DNA of 64,000 nt from Candidatus Kapaibacterium sp. (GTDB lineage: Bacteria; Bacteroidota; Ignavibacteria; Kapaibacteriales; UBA4661). The number at the start of each line of letters is the position of its first letter. Position 1 is the stretch's first letter. The stretch lies in the NCBI GenBank assembly GCA_004292595.1, contig RDXM01000119.1:1270-65269 (forward strand), given 5' to 3'. The position numbers were made by a program, and so were the translations under genes. Positions 45,648-54,500 of the stretch are shown here, in pieces. The notes beneath the pieces are model-generated. The model was not told the DNA's origin. It saw only the letters and a list, made by a program, of their open reading frames with translations, and made no database searches.

Positions 45648-46421
45648 TTACTCCGCCGCCACAAGCTCTTCCTCCGCGCTTTCGCGCAGACTGCCCGCTT
45701 CCTGCGCATTTCGATAGAGCAGAATTTCGCCAAACTGTTCGGCTTGGCGCAGCACGAGTGCTTGGCTGCGCATCATTTCTAGCACGGCGAGGAAGGTTAC
45801 AAGCAGCGTAGAGCGGTCTTGCTCCTGCACTAATTCCCGAAAACTAATGCTTGGGCGATGCTCGAAAATTGCCAAAATATATGCCGCTTGGTCTTCAATC
45901 GTCACGGGTTCGCGCTCGATTTGATGCGGCATGGAGGCTTTCGGAGCTTTCTGCAAGGCTTTAGAAAATGCTGCCAAAAGGTCGAACAACGTCAGATGCG
46001 CAAGTTCATCGTGTGGGGTTTCGGCAGTTTTTTCGTCTGCTTCAAAAAACTGCCGGTAGTAGATGTACCGTTGGTTGTCCGACATGACGTTGAGCTGCTC
46101 GGCGGCTTCTTTGTAGCGCGTGTATTCGAGCAAACGCCGCACCAGCTCTGCGCGGGGATCTTCTGCGGGCAGACCGTCGGCATCCGTTTTCTTGTCGTCG
46201 GGCAGCAACATTTTTGCTTTGATTTGCATGAGCGTCGAAGCCATCACAAGAAATTCTCCCGCTAATTCGAGGTCGAGAAGCTCCATAAGCCGTGTGTATT
46301 CAAGAAATTCGTTTGCTAATCGTGCAATCGGAATATCGTGAACGTTGATTTCGTCGCGGCGAATAAAATACAGGAGAAGGTCGAAAGGACCTTGAAAATT
46401 CGGGAGTTCTATGCGATACAT
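45648..46421 (-). CDS. scpA: segregation and condensation protein A
   Basis: FQGPFDLLLYFIRRDEINVHDIPIA N-terminus. Confidence 0.88.
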   Translation of the reverse strand: MYRIELPNFQGPFDLLLYFIRRDEINVHDIPIARLANEFLEYTRLMELLDLELAGEFLVMASTLMQIKAKMLLPDDKKTDADGLPAEDPRAELVRRLLEYTRYKEAAEQLNVMSDNQRYIYYRQFFEADEKTAETPHDELAHLTLFDLLAAFSKALQKAPKASMPHQIEREPVTIEDQAAYILAIFEHRPSISFRELVQEQDRSTLLVTFLAVLEMMRSQALVLRQAEQFGEILLYRNAQEAGSLRESAEEELVAAE

Positions 46422-46463
46422 GAAAACGTTTTTGGTGAGAAGTTTTTTGTGGACAGTGCCTTA

Positions 46464-46506
46464 CGTGAAACTCGTTCTACCGCGAAGAAGCGGTAGGACG
46501 GGAAGA
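46464..46506 (-). repeat. family C conserved hairpin motif (copy 2)
   Basis: CGTGAAACTCGTTCTACCGCgaagaaGCGGTAGGACGGGAAGA. It lies between the HIT stop and the scpA start. Confidence 0.7.
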
Positions 46507-46521
46507 GCGGGAGAAAGTATT

Positions 46522-47025
46522 TTAGCCAAATGTCTCTGCGAGCTTATTCCACGTGCTTTCCAGCGTTTCGGAGACAATTTTAATATCCGCCAAAACGGGC
46601 ATAAAATTCACATCGCCATTCCAGCGCGGGACTAAATGCACGTGCAGATGGTCGGGAACGCCCGCGCCGGCTGCCGTGCCGAGATTCATCCCAACATTGA
46701 TTCCATGCGGCTTATAGACGCGGTGCAGCACCTCTTCAGCTTCGCGTGTTGTGAGCATGAGGTTTGTCAATTCTTCATCGCTAAACAAACGCAACTCGCC
46801 ACAATGCCGATTCGGTACAACCATGATATGACCGTTATTGTAGGGGTAGCGATTCATTATCACAAAGCAGTGTTCGCGCCGCGCAACGACGAGGTTTTCG
46901 TGGTTGTGTTCGGCATCCAAAAGCGCGTGGCACAAGAAGCAATCGCTCTTTGCGGGCGTTGCTTCGCTTTTTTCGCTGAAGGTCTGGATGTATTCCGACC
47001 GCCACGGAGACCAGAGATGCTGCAT
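46522..47025 (-). CDS. HIT-family nucleotide hydrolase/transferase
   Basis: Histidine triad HLHVHLVPRW. ATG at 47025 (MQHLWSPWRSEY). Confidence 0.88.
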   Translation of the reverse strand: MQHLWSPWRSEYIQTFSEKSEATPAKSDCFLCHALLDAEHNHENLVVARREHCFVIMNRYPYNNGHIMVVPNRHCGELRLFSDEELTNLMLTTREAEEVLHRVYKPHGINVGMNLGTAAGAGVPDHLHVHLVPRWNGDVNFMPVLADIKIVSETLESTWNKLAETFG

Positions 47026-47090
47026 AGTTGGAAGGATGAGGGATGAAGTTTGAGGGATGAAATCTGGAAGAAACAAAACGTGCAATTTTG

Positions 47091-47336
47091 CTATTTCATC
47101 ACGCCAAAGAGTTTGAGCCAGAATGAGACAGCATCAGGGTTGGTAAAGAAAATTGCGCCCATGATGAGAATCATATACATTGTTAGTTTTCGCTCCAAAC
47201 GCGCTTCCACTAAGCGAATTTCGCCCAAAAGTTCATTGCGTACAGATTTTATTTCGCCCAAAAGTTCGTTGCGTACTGATGCAAGGTCTGCCTTAACGAC
47301 AGCCACATCTGCTTTAGAAGCGAGTTCTTTACTCAT
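47091..47336 (-). CDS. DUF1640-like protein, C-terminal half (coiled coil + TM helix)
   Basis: LASKADVAVVKADLASVRNELLGEIKSVRNELLGEI, then TM helix MYMILIMGAIFF. ATGA overlap with the upstream ORF. Confidence 0.55.
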   Translation of the reverse strand: MSKELASKADVAVVKADLASVRNELLGEIKSVRNELLGEIRLVEARLERKLTMYMILIMGAIFFTNPDAVSFWLKLFGVMK

Positions 47337-47497
47337 CTCGTCGCGTATTTCAATCTTTTTTGCTGTGCAAGTTGATTCGCTTCCTGTTGCACAGCCGCAG
47401 CTGCCTGCTCGACTGTGCGAGCAAGATTTAATGCGGCTTCCTGACCAAGTTGCTTCTCAAGAATCGCGTAGGTTTCGATAGGAAATGTGAATGCCAT
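47333..47497 (-). CDS. DUF1640-like protein, N-terminal half
   Basis: MAFTFPIETYAILEKQLGQEAALNLARTVEQ... resembles the N-terminal part of DUF1640 proteins. It ends at the TGA overlapping the next ATG. Confidence 0.45.
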   Translation of the reverse strand: MAFTFPIETYAILEKQLGQEAALNLARTVEQAAAAVQQEANQLAQQKRLKYATR

Positions 47498-47510
47498 AGC
47501 GTTTTGTTGT

Positions 47511-49910
47511 TTACGATTCCATTGTTTGTATTGTCTGTTGAAGCTCATCATTACTTGCTTGCTGGCTTGTCTCTGGCTTCATTGCTCGCTTCAATTCATC
47601 CTGACGGCGAATAATGGAAACAAAAAAGCCCAGCACCATGAAAATCACCCCGCCCCAAACCAAGTTGATAAACGGCTTGTAGGAAAATTCCACTGTGAAA
47701 ACCTCGCGCGGCTGCGTTTCGGGCTTGCTCGCATCGGCAAAAGCAAGGACGGCTTTGGATTTTGCGAGGGCTTCTTTGTTGGCGGCAATTTTACGGAAGG
47801 CAAGGAAATACTTGGTTCCCGGAATGTTGAACGGCTCGGCAGTTTGCGCACTTGCGTCGCCATCAATGCCCGCTTTGCCTTTGAAGGTCGTGTAAATGGC
47901 TTGAACAGTGGTGTCTGTGCCATGCACGACTTCGACAATCGCACCAAGCCGCAGATTCTCTGGGTTTCCGCCCGATTGCTGTGCTGCCATTGCGCCCGAC
48001 ATATCGAATTTTTTCAGCATAATTTTGTAGGTGGAATCGTACGGAAGCGGCGTGTATTCTTCCTTCGAGACGGCAGCCGTTGGTGCTTCGCCTTCTACTT
48101 CGATAGCTTTCGGCGAAACGTACATATCATTCGACCACGACCATTTTATGCCAGGTTCGAGGAAAGCAGACTGGCGCTTGTTGAAATCGCTCCAGTACAG
48201 CACGGGTGCGACCACGCTTTGTTTGCCGTCTTTTTCGAGCGCGACGTAGTATTTGTATTTTTCGCGGTCTTTGTAATCTTTTTCAACTTGTTCGCGCCCA
48301 ACGTACATCATTTTGTAGCCCATTGCGTACTTTGCCACGCCTTGCGGCAAAGCAATATGCTCGGTTACAGAATAACGCGAGGTTGCGACAATTCCTAAAA
48401 ACAAGAGCGCGACCCCGAAATGCGAGATGTACGCGCCTGTGTGCGAAGGCTTGGCAGACAATAAACGTCCCGCCATTTCAACATTTACAAACAAGGCAAA
48501 GAACGAACCCAGTACCAATGCGAGGTACGCGGGGTCATGCACACCAAACGACACGCACGCAATCGTGGCTGCGATTGCCAATCCTGCTGGAATGGGCAGT
48601 TTGCGCAGGAACTCTTTCGTCGGCGTAGAACGCCAGCGAAGCAGTATTGTTGCGGCATTCAGGAAAGCAACGGCAATCACAAGCGGCAAGTGCATTTTGT
48701 TGTAATACGAAATATCAATCGCTACTTTTGGCTGCTTCAGAATTTCGGTAAAAATGGGCCAGCTTGTGCCAATCGTAACAATCACCGCGCTTGCAAGCAC
48801 GAGTGCAGCACCGATGGACAAACCAAATTCCCGCGATGTAGGATGAAAATTTACTTTTGCTGCTTCAATATCTTTGCGGCGCATCAGCAAAATTCCAAAG
48901 CCTAACAGCGTGAAAATTCCCATAAAAACCAAAAGCAGCACATATGCAAACAAGCCCGGATCCACGAAGGAATGCACCGACGTATCGCCCAGAACACCGC
49001 TTCGGGTCAGGAAGGTAGAGTAGAGAACAAGCAAAAAGGTCATTATCGCCAGCACGAGGTTTGTTTTCACCAAACCGCCTGTTTTCTTTTGTGTGAGCAT
49101 TGTGTGAACAAGCGCAACTGCCACCAGCCAAGGAATAAGCGAGGAATTTTCAACGGGGTCCCAGCCCCAGAAGCCGCCCCAGCCCAAGGTTTCGTATGCC
49201 CAGAAGCCGCCCAGCATAATTCCAAAACCCAGCACAGCCGTTCCGAAAAGAACCCACGGCAGCGAAACGGAAATCCAGTTGTGATAATCGCGTTTCAGAA
49301 GTGCCGCCATTGCGAAGGCAAACGGCACGGACATAGATGCAAAGCCCGTGAAGAGGATGGGAGGATGAATCGTAATCCAGATATTTTGCAGAAGCGGATT
49401 TAAGCCTTTGCCGTTAGCGGGCATGAAGCCATCAGTGATGCCGTCTTTTGCGAAGGATTCCCAGACCATTGCAAAGGGACTTTTCGCAACGAGCATGAGC
49501 AGCAAAAAGACGAGAATGAGGCTGTAAAACGCCATTACTTCGCCTTCGTACTTGTGCCGCCGCACGTAGGGGAGGAGGCTTACGCCAATCACCGAGACCA
49601 GCACCGTCCAGAGCGTGAAGCTACCTTCCTGTCCGGCGTAGAAGGTTGCAACAAGGAGCGGTTTGGAGAGTTCGCGCGAGGAATGTCCCCAAACGTAAGT
49701 GTATTGGAAGTTGTGCGTGAGGATGTTATACATCTGCATCCCGCTTGTTATCAGCATTCCAGCGAAAATGAGGAGAAAAAATACGCGCCCGATGCGGCGA
49801 AATTCTTCTTGCCATTGCTCGCCGCGAGCAGTGTGCAAAGAAAGGAAATACGCGCCCGAGGCAACAACCGACGAGGCGAAAAGGAGATTGATGAGATATT
49901 GTCCGAACAT
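47511..49910 (-). CDS. CcmF/NrfE-type cytochrome c maturation (heme lyase) membrane protein with C-terminal extension
   Basis: WWD motif WGGFWGWDPVENSSLIPW and many TM helices. ATG 49910 (MFGQYLINLL) is preferred; the ORF is open to 50156. Confidence 0.85.
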   Translation of the reverse strand: MFGQYLINLLFASSVVASGAYFLSLHTARGEQWQEEFRRIGRVFFLLIFAGMLITSGMQMYNILTHNFQYTYVWGHSSRELSKPLLVATFYAGQEGSFTLWTVLVSVIGVSLLPYVRRHKYEGEVMAFYSLILVFLLLMLVAKSPFAMVWESFAKDGITDGFMPANGKGLNPLLQNIWITIHPPILFTGFASMSVPFAFAMAALLKRDYHNWISVSLPWVLFGTAVLGFGIMLGGFWAYETLGWGGFWGWDPVENSSLIPWLVAVALVHTMLTQKKTGGLVKTNLVLAIMTFLLVLYSTFLTRSGVLGDTSVHSFVDPGLFAYVLLLVFMGIFTLLGFGILLMRRKDIEAAKVNFHPTSREFGLSIGAALVLASAVIVTIGTSWPIFTEILKQPKVAIDISYYNKMHLPLVIAVAFLNAATILLRWRSTPTKEFLRKLPIPAGLAIAATIACVSFGVHDPAYLALVLGSFFALFVNVEMAGRLLSAKPSHTGAYISHFGVALLFLGIVATSRYSVTEHIALPQGVAKYAMGYKMMYVGREQVEKDYKDREKYKYYVALEKDGKQSVVAPVLYWSDFNKRQSAFLEPGIKWSWSNDMYVSPKAIEVEGEAPTAAVSKEEYTPLPYDSTYKIMLKKFDMSGAMAAQQSGGNPENLRLGAIVEVVHGTDTTVQAIYTTFKGKAGIDGDASAQTAEPFNIPGTKYFLAFRKIAANKEALAKSKAVLAFADASKPETQPREVFTVEFSYKPFINLVWGGVIFMVLGFFVSIIRRQDELKRAMKPETSQQASNDELQQTIQTMES

Positions 49911-50200
49911 AATGCAGTGAGATTGTGGTGTGAGGGCAAAATGTGGTGAAGCAATGTTGGTGGTTGCACGTGCAGCCAGCACAAGCAGCACCACAAAAAT
50001 ACAGGAAAAGCTGGTTTTATCAAAGCAGATAGGAAGAATCGTCTGGGTCAGAAACGCCGCCGCAGACAGAGGCATTTTTTTCGCCCCGTGCGAATGCCTC
50101 TGCGAAATATCCGCAGAAAATCGTAATTTTGTATTCTGTTCACAGTTGTTCTCCACACTGCTAACTCCTTACTATTTAATCTTTAACAAAGGAACGTACC

Positions 50201-51436
50201 ATGTCTGCCGCAACCATGACCGCACCGAAAACCAACGGCGTTCACAAAAACGGAACAGCCCCGAAGCAAAGCCCAAATAATCCGTTTGATTACTACAACC
50301 TTGACGGACTTTTTGCAACTGAAGAACGCCTCGTGCGAGATACGGTGCGGGATTTTGTGAGTGCTGAAGTTTTGCCCATTATCGAAGACCATTACCAAGC
50401 AGGCACATTTCCCAAACACTTGGCAACGAAAATGGCGGAAATAGGTGTGTTCGGCATAACGCTTCCAAGCGAGTACGGATGCGCTGGAGCGAGCTACACC
50501 GCCTACGGACTGGCAATGCAAGAGCTTGAGCGCGGCGATTCTGGCTTACGTTCCTACGCTTCGGTGCAAAGTTCGCTCGTGATGTACCCGATTTACGCCT
50601 ACGGCAATGAAGAACAGCGCAAACACTGGCTTCCCAAGCTGGCTTCGGTGGAAGCAATCGGCTGTTTTGGCTTGACCGAACCCGATTTTGGTTCAAATCC
50701 AACGGGCATGATTACCAACGCAAAAAAGACCAGCAACGGCTTTCTGCTGAACGGCGCAAAGATGTGGATTACCAACGGCAACGTGGCTGATGTTGCGGTC
50801 GTCTGGGCAAAGCTGGATGGCGTTGTGCGCGGCTTCATCGTTGAAAAAGGCACACCAGGCTTCACCGCACCCGAAATGAAGGGCAAACACTCGCTTCGCG
50901 CCTCTGCAACGGGCGAACTCGTTTTCCAAGATTGCGAAATTCCTGAGGCAAATCTGCTCCCGAATGTGGAAGGCATGAAAGGACCGCTCGGCTGCTTGAA
51001 CCAAGCCCGCTACGGCATTTCGTGGGGCGCAATCGGCGCAGCAATGGCGTGCTACGAATCGGCATTGAACTACGCAAAAACGCGCATTCAATTTGGCAAG
51101 CCGATTGGCGGCTTCCAGCTTGTGCAGGAAAAATTGGTCTGGATGCTGAATGAAATTACCAAAGCGCAGCTCATGGCATTCCGCTTGGGGCAAATGAAAG
51201 ATGCTGGCGAAGCCACACCACAACACGTGTCGATGGCAAAACGCAACAACGTGTGGATGGCATTAGAAATTGCACGAATGGCACGCGACATTCACGGCGC
51301 GAACGGCATTTTGGGCGAATATCCGATTATGCGCCATATGGCAAATCTTGAATCGGTGAAGACCTACGAAGGCACACACGATATTCACACGCTTATTCTC
51401 GGTGCCGATATTACGGGTATTCAAGCCTTTGAGTAA
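50201..51436 (+). CDS. gcdH: glutaryl-CoA dehydrogenase-type acyl-CoA dehydrogenase
   Basis: GCFGLTEPDFGSNP, KMWITNG and YEGTHDIHTLILG motifs. Confidence 0.88.
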   Translation: MSAATMTAPKTNGVHKNGTAPKQSPNNPFDYYNLDGLFATEERLVRDTVRDFVSAEVLPIIEDHYQAGTFPKHLATKMAEIGVFGITLPSEYGCAGASYTAYGLAMQELERGDSGLRSYASVQSSLVMYPIYAYGNEEQRKHWLPKLASVEAIGCFGLTEPDFGSNPTGMITNAKKTSNGFLLNGAKMWITNGNVADVAVVWAKLDGVVRGFIVEKGTPGFTAPEMKGKHSLRASATGELVFQDCEIPEANLLPNVEGMKGPLGCLNQARYGISWGAIGAAMACYESALNYAKTRIQFGKPIGGFQLVQEKLVWMLNEITKAQLMAFRLGQMKDAGEATPQHVSMAKRNNVWMALEIARMARDIHGANGILGEYPIMRHMANLESVKTYEGTHDIHTLILGADITGIQAFE

Positions 51437-51462
51437 GTATTGCGGTAAAAATTTTATTTGTT

Positions 51463-51502
51463 AGTGGCACAGGCAGAAATGCTTGTGCCACTGTGATTTT
51501 TT
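51463..51502 (+). terminator. intrinsic terminator built from a single family A-type arm (A-9)
   Basis: AGTGGCACAGGC-agaaat-GCTTGTGCCACT followed by GTGATTTTTT. It lies 27 nt after the gcdH stop. Confidence 0.7.
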
Positions 51503-51519
51503 GATGGATTGAATGCCAT

Positions 51520-54500
51520 ATGTTCATTCTTCGTCGCTTTCATGCCGCATTCCTGCTAGGTTTTGGGCTTATCTGCTCTGTATCGTTCCTGTGTTCTGTT
51601 TCATTTCTCTTTTCGCAATCGAATCCGCCAAACGCGCCACCACAACAAGCCTCGCGCCTTTTTTTGCAACGCTTACCGACGCATCCTGACGCGCCGCAAA
51701 GCCTTATTACCGCAATTCTCCGCGACAAGCGAGGTTTTATGTGGTTTGCAAGCGAAACAGGCTTATTTCGTTTTGATGGCACAAGCTATCGGCACTTTCG
51801 TCCTTTTCCCCAAAAACCCAGCTTCGACAACGCCATTACCGCGCTTCACGAGGACGATTCTGGTGGGCTTTGGCTCGGCACAACGGCAGGATTGTTTTTC
51901 TTCGACCGCCGTACAGAGCGCATCAATCCTTGCACGGTCATTCCTTCTTCGTCAAACATTAGCGCACTCTGCCAAAGCACCCTTTCGCACCAACAACAGG
52001 AACTTCTTTTCATTGCGGGCAATGACACGCTTTATGCCCTAAACCCAGTAACAATGAGCCTTGCAGGGCGGTTGCCGTTGAAAAACGCCATCACGCATCT
52101 TCTTCCTCTTTCGGCACAAAACACCGTAATTGTCGCCACGCTCACGGGCGTTGTGCGGGTAAATGTGCAGATGCCGCCTAAGGCGAAGAGTTGCGTGTTG
52201 AGCATTGCCGATACAATATTGCCCAACGCAAGCATTAGTGAGCTGTGCAGCGTGTCGGATGGAAGAATTGCCTTGGGAAATGCTGCTGGCGGCGTGGAGA
52301 TGTACAGCCCGCAAAGCAAGCAATTATCGCATATCCCGACGGGAAAAAACCGCATTCTCGCTCTGCAAGAAGACGCTCAAGGCAAGCTCTGGTGCGCTAC
52401 GGCAGGCGATGGCGTTCTCATACTCAATACAATCAATACCAGCACCAATACTGCCGAGCGACGACCAGAAGCAGCCTTGCAAGGGCGGTTTGTCAGTGCA
52501 ATGGCGGTTGTCCGCTCTTCTTCGCATAACCCAATACTTTGGCTCGGCGCAAGCGATGGTGCGCTCTACAAGGCAGAATATTTGCCGCAGCATTTTCAAT
52601 ACATTGTTCCTGATTCGCGCAGCATCCCACAGGCAGAGAGCCTTCTCGTGCTGGCAGTTTTTGAAGATTCCGGGCGCACACTCTGGCTGGGAACGCAAAA
52701 CGGCTTGCTGTCGTACACACCTGCAAGCAAGCAATGGAGCGTCTTTCGGCACAACTCAGCAAAAAAAAACACTATTTCTGGCAACAACATTTCCTGCATT
52801 TACGAGGATGCAAAGGGAATGCTCTGGATTGGAACAACAGGAAGCGGCTTGAATCGCTACGACCGCAAACGCGGCATCTTTACTGCCTTTCGGAATGACA
52901 GCACGAATCCAGCGAGCATTTCCAGCAACAACATTTCCTGCATCTACGAGGATTCACGCGGGCGGCTGTGGATTGGCACGTGGATAAATGGCTTGAATCT
53001 GTTTAATCCCGAAAATTCCACCTTCACACAATACCGCTCTAGTCCTGATAAAATCTCGACCCTGAGCAGCAACAGCATCAGCTACATCCGCGAAGACCGC
53101 ATGATTGCTGATGGGACGCTCTGGATTGGCACATATGAAGATGGTGTAAATGCTTTCCATCCCACAATCCAAGCATTTACGCGACATTTGAACAATCCTG
53201 CCAATCCCACGTCGCTCAGTTCCAATGCCGTTTCCGCAATTTTCGAGCAAACCGACGGTACGCTCTGGGTGACGACTGATGCGGGGTTGAACAAATTCAC
53301 ACGCCAAACACAAGGTTTTACGCGCTACGGCAACGCCGAAGGTCTGCCCGACGAGCCGCTTGGCAGCTTGCTTGGCGACGCAGAAGGCAATCTTTGGTTC
53401 ACCGCCGGAACGACGCTCTATCGCTTTCGCCCGCGAACATCTGCTTTGCAAGCCTTTCCCGCATCTGCCACGCAAGGCAGCAACGACGCGCTTTTTGGCG
53501 AATCAGCACAAAGCGAGCGTGGGAAAGATGCTGTGCGAAAAGCCGATGCACTTGCCGTGCAGTTCAGTCCCCGTGCCTATTGCGCGGCATCCGACGGCAG
53601 TTTGTACTTTGGCGCGGGCGCGGGCGTTGTGCGAGTGCAACCCGCGACAATCCACATGAATACAAGCGCACCGCCGATTGCGCTCACCGCGCTGAAAAAA
53701 TTTAACAACGCCGTTGAATTGCCCGTTTCCCTCACCGAAGCCGATGAAATCGAACTTTGGTACACGGACAACTATATTTCGTTTGAGTTTGCGGTGCTTG
53801 GCTTTTCCGCGACGGAAAAATATCATTGCCGCTACAAATTGGAAGGATTCGACAACAACTGGATAGATGCAGGAGCAAGGAATGAAGCGGTGTACACGAA
53901 TCTTGACGGCGGAGAATACTGCTTTCGTGTGCAGGTACGCGCTCAGGATGGCGCGTGGAGCGAGAAAGCAAGTATTGATAAGGTTTCGCAGGAAATATCG
54001 GTGCGCGAAACATCGGTGCGCGAAACATCGGTGCGCGTCATTGTGCATCCTCCTTTCTGGCAGCGACGGTGGTTTTTTGTGTTGGCTGCAATCAGCGTCA
54101 TTACTGGTGTTTGGGGGATTTTTCGCTGGCGTGTGCGGAGTATTGAGCGTAAAAATGTTCAACTTGAAGGACTTGTAAGCGAGCGTACAAGCCAGCTTCA
54201 GCAATCCTATCACGCGCTCGAAGCCGAGCAGCAGCGCACCGAAAACCACGCAAGCGAAGTGCAACGCTTAAACGAAGCCCTGAACGCGCACAACACTGAG
54301 CTTTCCCAGCAAACACGCCATGCGCAGCTTGAAATGTTGCGCTATCAATTAAACCCACATTTCCTGTTCAACGCACTTATTTCCATCAGCGACCTCATTG
54401 GCGAGGACCCAAAACACGCTGTGCGCACGATGACGATGCTCATGGCGTACTTGCGCTATGCCTTGCAGCCCGTAGGACTACCAACCACGCCGCTTTCAGA

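Noticed and set aside
47487-48398. 303-aa plus-strand ORF antisense to the CcmF-like gene
   Set aside because: It is a shadow ORF. The opposite strand carries the WWD heme-handling motif and regular TM helices.
53503-54264. 253-aa minus-strand ORF inside the large kinase gene
   Set aside because: It is antisense to a well-supported CDS and has no motif.
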